Below, in pieces: positions 27,984 to 37,281 of a stretch of 64,000 nucleotides of DNA. A model generated the notes under the pieces. That model saw only the letters and a list, made by a program, of their open reading frames with translations, searched no databases and was not told where the DNA came from. Numbering within the stretch: position 1 is the first letter of the stretch; each line of letters begins with the position of its first letter. Source of the DNA: an uncultured Bacteroidales bacterium (lineage in GTDB: Bacteria > Bacteroidota > Bacteroidia > Bacteroidales > CAYRRV01); assembly GCA_964426725.1 (NCBI GenBank), contig CAYRRV010000004.1, positions 81,391-145,390 on the forward strand, in the 5' to 3' direction. Both the position numbers and the translations under genes were made by a program.

Positions 27984-29450
27984 TTATAATCCCGATCTTG
28001 AAAAGACCGTTCGGATGGTTTTGAAAAGGAGTGTGAAATCCTCAATAATTGACCAGTTATCAATATAATTTAAATCCAGTTTCATCCATTTCTCGAAACT
28101 CACGCTATTCCGGTTTGGTATTATCTGCCAGGTACAAGTGATACCAGGCTTAACAGACAAGCGGCGCAATTGCCATGTTTCGTATTGTTCAACCTCACTT
28201 GGTAACGGGGGCCTTGGTCCTATCATAGACATCTCACCCCTGAAAACATTGAGCAACTGAGGTAATTCATCAAGTCCTGTTTTTCTTAAAATATGCCCTA
28301 TTTTGGTTATTCTTGGATCATTTGTCATTTTAAACACGGGGCCATCCATCTCATTTTTGGCTTCCAACTCCTTTCGTAATTGTTCAGCATTAGGAACCAT
28401 GGTCCTGAACTTGTATATCATGAATTTACGTCCTCTTTTACCCACTCTTTCCTGCTTGAAAAAGACAGGACCTCCCGGTGAATCGATTTTTATCGCGAGA
28501 GCAAGGAGTAATAATACCGGAGAAAGAAACAGTAACATTAACCCGGAAAATATCAAATCCGATAAATTCTTGAAAAATAACAATAAATTATCCGAGGGAA
28601 GATTGATATAATTCAAAACAGGCATTCCGGCAGGTTCACGTAAATCAATATCAAATGATTGCAGGGGTGATAATTCTGACTGCATCCTGAATATTACACC
28701 TATTTCCCTTGAAGTACTAACTATTTCTGCAACTTTCTCCCTGTCAATTTTCTTTTTACTGTAAACTATCTCGTCTATGATATCATGTTTCAGTAAACTT
28801 TTAATATTCACGTTTTCTGAAAGTATTTTTAGTTTACTTCCATACTTGGCCCTGATGAGTTTTGAGTTTGATAGTACCATGATAACCCTGAATCCCCACT
28901 CCTTGTTATGAATCAAACGATCGATAAAAAGATCAGAGTACTGATCGGCAATTACCAAAACGTTATGGAGGTTATGACCATGACTCCGGTGAACTTTAAA
29001 AACCTTATATGTTAATACCCTGTGCAGGTATATAGAAAGGTTGTTGATAATGAAAAACCCGGTCAGCATCAAAACACTAACTTCCGCCAAACCGAAAAGC
29101 AAACGGAAAATAAATAACATTACCAGGCCGATAATATTAACCTGGAATAATTCAATAAAAATTGTAAAATAGACAGTTGTTCGTGGTACCTTAGGTAAAT
29201 TGGTTAGTCTCAACAAGAAAGGATATAAAGCAAGAATTAATCCTGCCATTATCCAGTAATCCGAGTGGATTTTAGTAACTCCCGAAATAATCCTGAAAAG
29301 ATGCAACGACATCAGGAATGAAACCACAACTACCATCAGGTCAAGAATACCCAGACCAAACATGATAAGATTCCTGTAAGCGACATATTTTTGGGGAGTT
29401 ATTCGACGTAATTTCTCGAATTTCTTGATGAATAAACGAGCATATGGCAT
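27984..29450 (-). CDS. Polyprenyl-phosphate glycosyl-1-phosphate transferase (WbaP/bacterial sugar transferase family), the initiating enzyme
   Basis: N-terminal TM bundle and a central Rossmann-like region. The C-terminal domain PGGPVFFKQERVGKRGRKFMIYKFRTM...DPRITKIGHILRKTGLDELPQLLNVFRGEMSMIGPRP is the canonical Bac_transf motif. The ATG at 29450 is preferred over the GTG at 29549. Confidence 0.9.
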   Translation of the reverse strand: MPYARLFIKKFEKLRRITPQKYVAYRNLIMFGLGILDLMVVVVSFLMSLHLFRIISGVTKIHSDYWIMAGLILALYPFLLRLTNLPKVPRTTVYFTIFIELFQVNIIGLVMLFIFRLLFGLAEVSVLMLTGFFIINNLSIYLHRVLTYKVFKVHRSHGHNLHNVLVIADQYSDLFIDRLIHNKEWGFRVIMVLSNSKLIRAKYGSKLKILSENVNIKSLLKHDIIDEIVYSKKKIDREKVAEIVSTSREIGVIFRMQSELSPLQSFDIDLREPAGMPVLNYINLPSDNLLLFFKNLSDLIFSGLMLLFLSPVLLLLALAIKIDSPGGPVFFKQERVGKRGRKFMIYKFRTMVPNAEQLRKELEAKNEMDGPVFKMTNDPRITKIGHILRKTGLDELPQLLNVFRGEMSMIGPRPPLPSEVEQYETWQLRRLSVKPGITCTWQIIPNRNSVSFEKWMKLDLNYIDNWSIIEDFTLLFKTIRTVFSRSGL

Positions 29451-29861
29451 ATCAATTGGTTTTAGGTTTAGGTTTTTAAATTTAGGTTTTTTGTTTAAAA
29501 TCACTCTTACTATAATATTAAGTAATTGTGATTGTAAATAGACAAACACCTGGTAATTGATATTGTTGATGGTTTAATAATGATAAATTTTCTATTTTGA
29601 CCTACGGGTAAAATAATTGGACGAAATACTAAAATCAGGTTATTAATTTTTTTTCAATCTATATTCCGAGTTTTTCTTATTTGATTTTAATAAAAATAAT
29701 AGACCTTGAATTGCCTGATAGATGGAACAATCCTCATATTCATGTATTTAACCTGAGGCTCTATAATCAGACCAATATATTTGAATTGGATTAAACAATA
29801 ATTATTGTCAACTGTTTAAGAATAACCAAACCATTTACAAATAAATCGTAGAATAATCAAA

Positions 29862-30245
29862 ATGACCGAGTATACAGTAGATGAATCACCGAAAACACCA
29901 TATATCCACTTTGAGGATAACAGGTTTATTTTCCGGGGAAAATCAATCCCGGAAGATGCCCGGAAATTTTACAGGGTAGCAAGAGACAAGGCCAAAGATT
30001 ACCTTGAAGAAAGAGTAGGCAGCAAGACTCAGATAGAATTCCATTTTGAGTATTGTGATACCAGTACTGTAAAATGGATTGTTGATTTTCTGCGCATGTT
30101 TGAATCATGTCAGAAAAAAAATCCTGCAATAGACATTAGCGTGATCTGGAAATACGAATCAGATGATGAAGAAATGCTGGACCTTGGAGAATTTATTCAG
30201 GCACATTCCGTTCTGCCTTTTACATTTATCCCTGCAGATTTATAA
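29862..30245 (+). CDS. DUF1987 / SiaC-family protein
   Basis: TPYIHFEDNRFIFRGKSIPEDARKFY...IEFHFEYCDTSTVKWIVDFLRMF matches the DUF1987 pattern (TP.I.F....G...I.G.S.PE....FY ... YFNTSS.K). Confidence 0.75.
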   Translation: MTEYTVDESPKTPYIHFEDNRFIFRGKSIPEDARKFYRVARDKAKDYLEERVGSKTQIEFHFEYCDTSTVKWIVDFLRMFESCQKKNPAIDISVIWKYESDDEEMLDLGEFIQAHSVLPFTFIPADL

Positions 30246-30518
30246 ATAAAATCAACCTCTGCCCTGTTGTTTATTTTAAAATAAGCAAGGAACCAACACC
30301 AAGTTAGGTGTCACATCTGATATTTCCAACCTAATACTAATTATGTTAAATTAAGAGCCTACAAGAATTCTTATCCAAAAGAATATTCATCAATAAATTA
30401 TAATTATTCATCAGGATTCAAGATTATTAATCAATTATTTCCTGCCTCTCCTCAAATATTATTAACCAATAGACATTATTTCAGTATAATTAACTGAAAC
30501 CACGAAAAAACTATTATA

Positions 30519-30911
30519 ATGAAAAAAATGAAGATTGGGATGATGGCCCTGGTGATTTTACTGGTGAGTTTAGAAGGCCTTCACGCGCAAGATTTAAAAG
30601 ACGAGTACATGACCACGAGAACACTGGAAAATGGACAACCGGCCCTGGTAATAAATATCAGTATGGTAAAAAGGGTTCAGGAATACCGGTTAGACACGAG
30701 CTATATTAGCTGGAATGACGTGATTCAAAGATTTAATAATGAAAGTCTTGCAAGGGTTTGGAATGCATATTTACACAATGACAGCACTGGATTTAATCCT
30801 GCTGATATTCAACTTGCCCTGGAAAAAATGCCGTTAAATCAAAATCCGGACAAGAAAACGATTATCATACCTGAGATGGAAAAGAAATCAACCGCGCAAA
30901 ACACCCATTGA
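30519..30911 (+). CDS. Small secreted hypothetical protein
   Basis: Signal peptide MKKMKIGMMALVILLVSLEGLHAQ. No family recognised. Confidence 0.45.
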   Translation: MKKMKIGMMALVILLVSLEGLHAQDLKDEYMTTRTLENGQPALVINISMVKRVQEYRLDTSYISWNDVIQRFNNESLARVWNAYLHNDSTGFNPADIQLALEKMPLNQNPDKKTIIIPEMEKKSTAQNTH

Positions 30912-30933
30912 GAGGAATCGCTCAATTTCGGGC

Positions 30934-32496
30934 CTATTCATCGCGAGTGGGTAAGGATACCGTGAAGGTAGATCCTTTGCCCAACTCGCTTCTCACAGAA
31001 ATCAGGCCCCCGTTTATTTCTACAAGTTCTTTACACAAGATCAGTCCCATGCCACTCCCTTTCTCGTTATGGGTTCCTGGCATTACTTTGCTATGTGACA
31101 CTTGAAAAATCTTTTTTAAAATCTCTTCCTGGATTCCCATGCCCGTGTCGGTTACAGAAATGTCAACAAAACCTTCCCTCTCTTTACTCGAAACAGAAAT
31201 GCTGCCATAATCATTAGAAAATTTTATGGCATTAGAAATCAGGTTCCTGAATATCGTTTCGGTCATTTTCAAATCGATGAAAGCTGTTAACTCATTAGAT
31301 AGTTGATTGTTGATCCTCAAATTTTTCTCTTTAATCTGGGTCTGGTAAAAACTTATCATCGATCTAATCACGAGGTTAATCTTATGATGTCCGGGTTTAA
31401 AACGAATCTCATTGGTTTGCGTTCGTGCCCATTCCATCAAATTTTCAAGTAAAATATGAGCCCTGTCTGCCTCCTTGTTGATAATATCCATGAACCTGAA
31501 ACATTGTTCATCTTTTTTCCCAGGATAATTACTGATAATCATCTCGGAAAAACCCTTGATAGAATTCACCGGGTTACGCAGATCATGACCGATAATAGAG
31601 AAAAGCCGATCCTTTGTCTTATTAATATTTTTAAGACTTTCTTCTGATTCTCTTAATCTTGCCTCTGCTCTTTTAAGATCAGAAATTTCCGTGTAAAGAA
31701 CAGCAAACTTATTTTTACCCGGTGAAAACACCATAACCTTGTAGTGCTTATCAAGAAAGGCATTGTATCGCTCAAATGACTTGGTTTTCCCATGTAAAGC
31801 CACTTCTGCATAATCATCAATCCACTCATTATCAACAGCCGGGAACAGTTCTTTAACAGTTTTGTTGACTATTTTTTCACGGGGCATGTTCAAAAGCTTC
31901 TCGAAGCCAGGATTTACATCAAGATACCTGAAATTTACAGGGTTCCCTTGATCATCAAGGATTAACTCGTGCAAGGCGAACCCGTTCCACATGTAATTAA
32001 ACAGATCCCGGTACTTTTTCTCGCTTTGCTGCAATTGTTTCTCTACTTTCTTGCGCTTCGTTATATCCTCGGCAATACCATAGTATATACTGTTTTCATG
32101 ACAACAGGGATCTTTTACCCGGATGCTGTTTTCCCGGATATCAATATCATTCCCGTCTTTTTTCTTCCAACGGGACTCATAGTCATTGAGTTCGCCTTTT
32201 TCTTCCAGGATGGTTTTAAACTGTTCCCTGGAATATGAAGGCTCGTAACCTTCCCTTTGCAGGTTCCTTTCGAGTAGATCATCCATGTTATCGAATCCCA
32301 ACATATTCGCTAAAGCCTGGTTTACATATTTTATTTTACCATCCGAGGTTGTAATGTAGAGCCCTATAGGAATTCGATTTAAAAACCGGTTCATGTTGCT
32401 TTTTTCATTCTCGAGAATCTTGTTGCGCTCCTCGAGTTCTTTTACCCGGGATCTTAATTTTTTTATTTCCGCTGTTTCGTTTCGTGTAATACTCAT
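30934..32496 (-). CDS. Cytoplasmic sensor histidine kinase: coiled coil, 2 PAS domains, HisKA and HATPase_c
   Basis: H-box FSIIGHDLRNPVNSI, N-box FRNLISNAIKFS, G-boxes DTGMGI and GSGMGL. Two PAS-like segments (ITTSDGKIKYVNQA... and ...WNGFALHELILDDQGNPVNFRYLDVNPGFEK). No TM segments and no receiver domain. Confidence 0.9.
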   Translation of the reverse strand: MSITRNETAEIKKLRSRVKELEERNKILENEKSNMNRFLNRIPIGLYITTSDGKIKYVNQALANMLGFDNMDDLLERNLQREGYEPSYSREQFKTILEEKGELNDYESRWKKKDGNDIDIRENSIRVKDPCCHENSIYYGIAEDITKRKKVEKQLQQSEKKYRDLFNYMWNGFALHELILDDQGNPVNFRYLDVNPGFEKLLNMPREKIVNKTVKELFPAVDNEWIDDYAEVALHGKTKSFERYNAFLDKHYKVMVFSPGKNKFAVLYTEISDLKRAEARLRESEESLKNINKTKDRLFSIIGHDLRNPVNSIKGFSEMIISNYPGKKDEQCFRFMDIINKEADRAHILLENLMEWARTQTNEIRFKPGHHKINLVIRSMISFYQTQIKEKNLRINNQLSNELTAFIDLKMTETIFRNLISNAIKFSNDYGSISVSSKEREGFVDISVTDTGMGIQEEILKKIFQVSHSKVMPGTHNEKGSGMGLILCKELVEINGGLISVRSELGKGSTFTVSLPTRDE

Positions 32497-32632
32497 TTAA
32501 AAATAAAATACTATAATAAAAATATTTTCTGATCTAAATTAGCATGAGTATAATGATTATCTATTAATTATGATTGATATAAGTCATTGAATCAAGTGAT
32601 ATGCATCACCAAAACATTGGATGAACTTCTAA

Positions 32633-33241
32633 TTATAAAAGATGTGATACATCACCCACGGTTTTGACCATCCATTTTTCATCAGCGAAAACCAGGATGT
32701 TAATGCCTGTATTGGGCAATAAAAACCTTCGCTCAGCTTCCATGGAAATCTGCAGGGTATGCCGGAGTATTACATTGATTAGTCCTCCATGGGTAATACA
32801 TAGGATTTTCCCATCAGTATACTGTTGTTGCAATTCTCTCAGAAAGGCAAGTGCCCGGTCCAACATCTGCAACTTGCTTTCACCATTAATTATTACGAAC
32901 TCCGCGTCCCGGTTTTCCAGTAAAGCGCTTTCAGTAGGATAGCGGTTAGCTATGGTTTCATGATCCAATTGTTCCAAAATACCAAAATTCCGTTCCCGTA
33001 ACCTATTATCCTGAATTAGTTGTTGATTTTCATGATATTGCATGATATATTGAGCGGTAGCGAGGGCTCTTCCAAGGTCGCTGGAATAAACTGCATCAAA
33101 ATGCTCATACTTTAATCGTTGGGCAACGGCTGCAGCTTGTTTAATCCCCTCTTCGGTAAGGGAACTATCACAATGCCCCTGAATTCTTCTCTCCACGTTC
33201 CACTCCGTTTCACCATGCCGTACCAGGTATATTTCCATCAT
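32633..33241 (-). CDS. Histidine phosphatase family protein (phosphoglycerate mutase-like branch)
   Basis: MEIYLVRHGETEWN (RHG motif) and CITHGG (second catalytic His). The start at the MMEIY ATG is preferred over the longer track ORF. Confidence 0.85.
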   Translation of the reverse strand: MMEIYLVRHGETEWNVERRIQGHCDSSLTEEGIKQAAAVAQRLKYEHFDAVYSSDLGRALATAQYIMQYHENQQLIQDNRLRERNFGILEQLDHETIANRYPTESALLENRDAEFVIINGESKLQMLDRALAFLRELQQQYTDGKILCITHGGLINVILRHTLQISMEAERRFLLPNTGINILVFADEKWMVKTVGDVSHLL

Positions 33242-33458
33242 TTTTCCCGCGAAGATAAAAAGATCAGGAAAACTGACCGATGGAAGAATGATTTTTAACA
33301 TTGTTTTCAATGAACAACTGTTTCATGTACTTTTCAAAAGTAAAAAATTTATTTTATATGGTTTGATGCCTGCCTGTTAGCAGACAGGGAACTGCACATG
33401 TTTGAATATTATTTTCATTCGTGCTTGTGTTTAAAGTAAACTTGTGGGTTGTATATAT

Positions 33459-33490
33459 AAAAAAAAGATTGAAAACAAAGTTTTCAATCT
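33459..33490 (-). terminator. Rho-independent terminator downstream of tRNA-Cys
   Basis: Perfect 11-bp stem AGATTGAAAAC / GTTTTCAATCT (33466-33490) with a 3-nt loop. On the minus strand it is followed by a T-run of about 8. Confidence 0.8.
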
Positions 33491-33504
33491 TTCAGCGTTG
33501 TTTG

Positions 33505-33575
33505 AGGTCGGTGGCGGATTCGAACCGCCGTACGTGGTTTTGCAGACCAGTGCCTAGCCACTCGGCCAACCGACC
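33505..33575 (-). tRNA. tRNA-Cys (anticodon GCA)
   Basis: The minus strand reads GGTCGGT TG GCCGAGTGGCTAGGC A CTGGT CTGCAAA ACCAC GTAC GGCGG TTCGAAT CCGCC ACCGACC T. It has a 7-bp acceptor stem, a T-arm with TTCGAAT, and an anticodon loop CU-GCA-AA. CCA is not encoded. Confidence 0.9.
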
Positions 33576-33640
33576 ATACCTGTTATCCCAAAAGGGATTG
33601 CAAAAATATAAAATTATCTTTAAAGGTAAAACTTTTTCCC

Positions 33641-33817
33641 CTATTCAGATTCATAATTTTTCAGGCAACCCGGGCATAAACAATCGTTAAACTCCATCAT
33701 TACCTGGATCATTTCCTTCCTGTTTAATTTAACGGATTCGCACCAGCAATCATCATCACCCGTGCAGGTAAACTTTCTTCCGCAATTGGGACATTTCTTG
33801 TTTAATAACGAATTCAT
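33641..33817 (-). CDS. Cysteine-rich CWC-family mini-protein (58 aa), absent from the ORF track
   Basis: It translates to MNSLLNKKCPNCGRKFTCTGDDDCWCESVKLNRKEMIQVMMEFNDCLCPGCLKNYESE*. The CxxC...CWC...CxCxxC pattern is present. Its ATG overlaps the folB stop (ATGA). Confidence 0.6.
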   Translation of the reverse strand: MNSLLNKKCPNCGRKFTCTGDDDCWCESVKLNRKEMIQVMMEFNDCLCPGCLKNYESE

Positions 33818-34164
33818 TTGCTTAAAATTACACTGACACTCTTGGTTTTTCCCCCGACAGGAGGATTCATCTTAGAAACTGTAACTGTAGCTTTGTCAAT
33901 ACCTGTAAGTTGTTCGTACAAAGACTCCAGGATCCGGTTCGCGATATTTTCCAGTAAATGTGACTTTTTTTTCATTTCCATGCTGATAATACGATATGCC
34001 GCCTGATAATTCACTGCATCTTTTAAATCATCACTTTCAGCAGCCTTCGTCATGTCCGTCTCTATCGCGAGATCGACCAAAAAACGATTACCCACGATCT
34101 GTTCCTCCTTAAAATGACCATGGTAGGCATAAAATTCCATTCCTTCAATTAATATCTGGCCCAT
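33814..34164 (-). CDS. folB: Dihydroneopterin aldolase
   Basis: MGQILIEGMEFYAYHGHFKEEQIVGNRFLVDL...DDLKDAVNYQAAY...LLENIANRI is typical of FolB. The ATG at 34164 is preferred over the TTG at 34182. Confidence 0.85.
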   Translation of the reverse strand: MGQILIEGMEFYAYHGHFKEEQIVGNRFLVDLAIETDMTKAAESDDLKDAVNYQAAYRIISMEMKKKSHLLENIANRILESLYEQLTGIDKATVTVSKMNPPVGGKTKSVSVILSK

Positions 34165-34243
34165 TCTGTAAAATTTTATCAAAGCTACAAAAAATCATCA
34201 AAATTATTTCTCCTTTCCCGGGTGACCTTTCGGGTGATTCTAT

Positions 34244-34251
34244 TACTTTTG
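34244..34251 (+). promoter_or_regulatory. Bacteroidota -7 promoter element (TAnnTTTG) upstream of glnS
   Basis: TACTTTTG lies 38 nt upstream of the glnS ATG. Confidence 0.45.
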
Positions 34252-34288
34252 TAAATTATTTTGATTAAATAAGAGAAACAAGACGACC

Positions 34289-35989
34289 ATGGCAGACACG
34301 AAAAATAGTACCCCGGAACGTCCCAGGAATTTTATCGAGGAAATTATCGAAAAGAATATCAATGAGAACTTGAACAACGGGGAGGTTATTACACGTTTCC
34401 CCCCGGAACCAAACGGGTACCTTCATATCGGGCACGCTAAATCAATCTGTCTGAATTTTGGTCTGGCCAAAAAATACAAAGGGAAAACCAATCTTCGCTT
34501 CGACGACACCAACCCGGTAAAAGAAGAAATGGAGTATGTAGAATCTATTATAGCCGATGTGAAATGGTTGGGCTTTCATTGGGAAGGCGAACCAAAATAC
34601 GCTTCCGATTATTTCGATCAGCTTTACACGTGGGCAGTAAAAATGGTAAAAGACGGCAAGGCTTATGTTGATGAACAAACCGCGGAGCAAATAGCCGAAC
34701 AAAAAGGTACGCCGACTATTCCCGGGAAAGAGAGCCCGTTCAGAAACCGGCCGGTTGAGGAAAGCCTTGACCTGCTTGAAAGAATGAAAAACGGCGAATT
34801 TCCCGATGGCTCCATGCTGCTCAGAGCAAAAATCGACATGTCATCTCCCAACATGCACATGCGCGACCCGATCATGTACCGTATTAAGCATGCCCACCAT
34901 CACCGCACGGGAGATAATTGGTGCATTTACCCAATGTACGACTGGGCTCACGGTCAGAGCGATTATATTGAAGGAATTACCCATTCCATATGTACGCTCG
35001 AGTTCGAGGTACACCGACCACTTTACGAGTGGTTTCTTGAGCAAGTCTATACCGGTGGCAACCGTCCGCGGCAGATTGAATTTGCACGTCTCGATTTAAG
35101 CTATACCATTATGAGCAAACGTAAACTACTGCGTCTGGTGCAGGAAGGTTACGTTAATGGTTGGAGCGATCCCCGTATGCCTACCATCAGCGGGCTGAGA
35201 AGAAGAGGATACACCCCCGGGTCGATCCGCGTATTTGCTGAAAAAGTAGGTGTGGCAAAACGAAATAATCTCATCGATGTTGCCCTCCTCGAGCACTGCG
35301 TGCGTGATGATCTTAACAAAAAAGCCTTTAGAGTACTTGCTGTATTGAATCCCCTGAAAGTAACTATAGAAAATTATCCCGATGACCTGGTTGAAGAGAT
35401 GGATGCTGTCAACAATCCCGAGGATGAATCCATGGGCAAGCGTAAAGTTCCTTTTTCAAAAACTTTATATATCGAAAAAGATGACTTCATGGAAGATCCA
35501 CCCCGGAAATTCTTCCGCCTGGCTCCCGGCAGGGAAGTTCGCCTGAGATATGGTTATTTTATTACCTGCAAAGAAGCAATCAAAGACAAAAACGGTGAAA
35601 TCACAGAATTAATCTGCACCTACGATCCGGAAACAAGGGGTGGAAATGCTCCAGACGGACGAAAAGTAAAAAGTACCATCCACTGGGTTTCGGCCCCTCA
35701 TGCTGTAGAGGCGGAAGTAAGACTCTACGACCGGCTTTTTAACGTGCCGGAACCTGATGAAGTGACAGAAGGACAAGATTTTACTCAACATATCAATCCC
35801 GATTCATTAAAAATTATTCCCGGGTACATCGAACCTTACATAAAAAACGCGAAAATACTGACTCATTATCAATTTGAAAGATTAGGATACTTCACTGTTG
35901 ATCCCGATTCTGAAACCGGAAGGATTATATTTAACCGAACGGTTACACTGCGTGATAACTGGGCCAAAATGGTAAAAAACCCGAATTAA
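34289..35989 (+). CDS. glnS: Glutamine--tRNA ligase
   Basis: [16 protein letters not shown] (HIGH), TIMSKRKL (KMSKS-like), class I GlxRS core and a C-terminal anticodon-binding domain. 566 aa. Confidence 0.95.
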   Translation: MADTKNSTPERPRNFIEEIIEKNINENLNNGEVITRFPPEPNGYLHIGHAKSICLNFGLAKKYKGKTNLRFDDTNPVKEEMEYVESIIADVKWLGFHWEGEPKYASDYFDQLYTWAVKMVKDGKAYVDEQTAEQIAEQKGTPTIPGKESPFRNRPVEESLDLLERMKNGEFPDGSMLLRAKIDMSSPNMHMRDPIMYRIKHAHHHRTGDNWCIYPMYDWAHGQSDYIEGITHSICTLEFEVHRPLYEWFLEQVYTGGNRPRQIEFARLDLSYTIMSKRKLLRLVQEGYVNGWSDPRMPTISGLRRRGYTPGSIRVFAEKVGVAKRNNLIDVALLEHCVRDDLNKKAFRVLAVLNPLKVTIENYPDDLVEEMDAVNNPEDESMGKRKVPFSKTLYIEKDDFMEDPPRKFFRLAPGREVRLRYGYFITCKEAIKDKNGEITELICTYDPETRGGNAPDGRKVKSTIHWVSAPHAVEAEVRLYDRLFNVPEPDEVTEGQDFTQHINPDSLKIIPGYIEPYIKNAKILTHYQFERLGYFTVDPDSETGRIIFNRTVTLRDNWAKMVKNPN

Positions 35990-36087
35990 TAACCCCTTCA
36001 TTCAGTTATCATTATCTAATTATTTTTTACCGGACGTAATGATCGTAAATTTATTTTCGTTTAATGGATTTGTAGAAATAAAAATAT

Positions 36088-36095
36088 TACTTTTG
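36088..36095 (+). promoter_or_regulatory. Bacteroidota -7 promoter element (TAnnTTTG) upstream of tRNA-Gln
   Basis: TACTTTTG ends 12 nt before the tRNA 5' end. A TTTG lies at 36069-36072. Confidence 0.45.
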
Positions 36096-36107
36096 CACCA
36101 CTTAAAC

Positions 36108-36180
36108 TGCCTCGTGGTGTAATTGGCAACACGTCTGACTCTGGATCAGAAGAGTCCAGGTTCGAGCCCTGGCGAGGCAG
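36108..36180 (+). tRNA. tRNA-Gln (anticodon CUG)
   Basis: TGCCTCG...CGAGGCA acceptor stem, anticodon arm TCTGA CTCTGGA TCAGA (CU-CUG-GA), and T-arm CCAGG TTCGAGC CCTGG. Confidence 0.9.
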
Positions 36181-36321
36181 CATTTCAACAAATAGTACCC
36201 TCATTTTTTATATTTTTTACCTTTCCTATCTTGTTTTTCTTCATCTGCTATCAAACCATTCCTGGTTTAATGTGTTACCATAAATAGTTTTTAAATATTT
36301 TATTACCAGAAAAAATTGATC

Positions 36322-37278
36322 ATGGCAAAGAAAAGACTCAAAAAAGTAATTTCAAGGAGAAATGCTGGATTCGGGGATAATTTGTTCGCTGCAGCACATG
36401 CATGGTATTATGCCAAAGAGACCGGCAGGGAATTGGTCATTAACTGGGCTCCTTCCATGTATCTTGATGACAAATCGTTGAATGCTTTTTATTTTTTCTT
36501 CGATGTACCTGATCAGATTGAGGGTGTTCCAATTATCGTGGAGAAAAGAATTAACCCCTTATCAAGAATGATTAGAGCTCTTCCGGTAACACCGTTCAAG
36601 CATTTTTTTCCTGTCTTAACTGCAGAAGTGGCCAAAAGATTTGTAAATAATTATCTTCCCGCTACATTTGCTAATGCAGCTAATAAACGACACGATTGGA
36701 TAGTGAATACAATAAAAGAAGGAAAAGATGTTTCTGAAAATACACTTATTTTTAACGGGTGTTATAGTTTTTTGAATGATGAAACAAAACCCTTCTTCAA
36801 GAACCTCAAACTCAAACCTACATATCAGGAAAAGGTAAATGCATTTGCTGATAGATATTTTACAGGCAAAACAGTAATTGGCGTTCATGTGAGGTATTAT
36901 GACAAAAATTTACCCGTGAACAATCATACTAAATATTGGCTCGAACCAGAAAAATCATTAAAAACCATTAATTCAAGATTAAAAGAAGTCGTTGATGAAA
37001 TAAAAAACAACTCGGAAGACCACGTTATTTTTCTTGCCACGGATAATGAAATGGTCCAGAGTTCAATAAGAAATGCTTTCGAGAATGTAATCACGTACGA
37101 TAAAGAGTTTGATATCGTTCAAAAAGGCATGCATCTTCACCTTTCCGTTGAAACAGCTTTTAATACACTTATTGAGATGTTTCTACTTGCCAGAAGCGAC
37201 ATCATGTACCGATTCCCGCCAAGTGGTTCCTGGTTTTCTCATTATGGTGCATTACATGCTAAGAAAGTAGTAATCTGA
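36322..37278 (+). CDS. NodZ-like alpha-1,6-fucosyltransferase family protein (GT23-like)
   Basis: The N-terminal RRNAGFGDNLFAAAHAWYYAKETGRELVINW closely resembles the NodZ N-terminal signature (R..GFGD.L...A.AW.YA..TGR.L.I.W). About 320 aa. Confidence 0.55.
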   Translation: MAKKRLKKVISRRNAGFGDNLFAAAHAWYYAKETGRELVINWAPSMYLDDKSLNAFYFFFDVPDQIEGVPIIVEKRINPLSRMIRALPVTPFKHFFPVLTAEVAKRFVNNYLPATFANAANKRHDWIVNTIKEGKDVSENTLIFNGCYSFLNDETKPFFKNLKLKPTYQEKVNAFADRYFTGKTVIGVHVRYYDKNLPVNNHTKYWLEPEKSLKTINSRLKEVVDEIKNNSEDHVIFLATDNEMVQSSIRNAFENVITYDKEFDIVQKGMHLHLSVETAFNTLIEMFLLARSDIMYRFPPSGSWFSHYGALHAKKVVI

Positions 37279-37281
37279 CAA

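Noticed and set aside
30908-31105. 65-aa plus-strand ORF overlapping the end of the secreted-protein gene
   Set aside because: It is antisense to the HATPase domain of the histidine kinase, so it is a shadow ORF.
33421-33690. 89-aa plus-strand ORF
   Set aside because: It runs antisense across tRNA-Cys and its terminator, so it is spurious.
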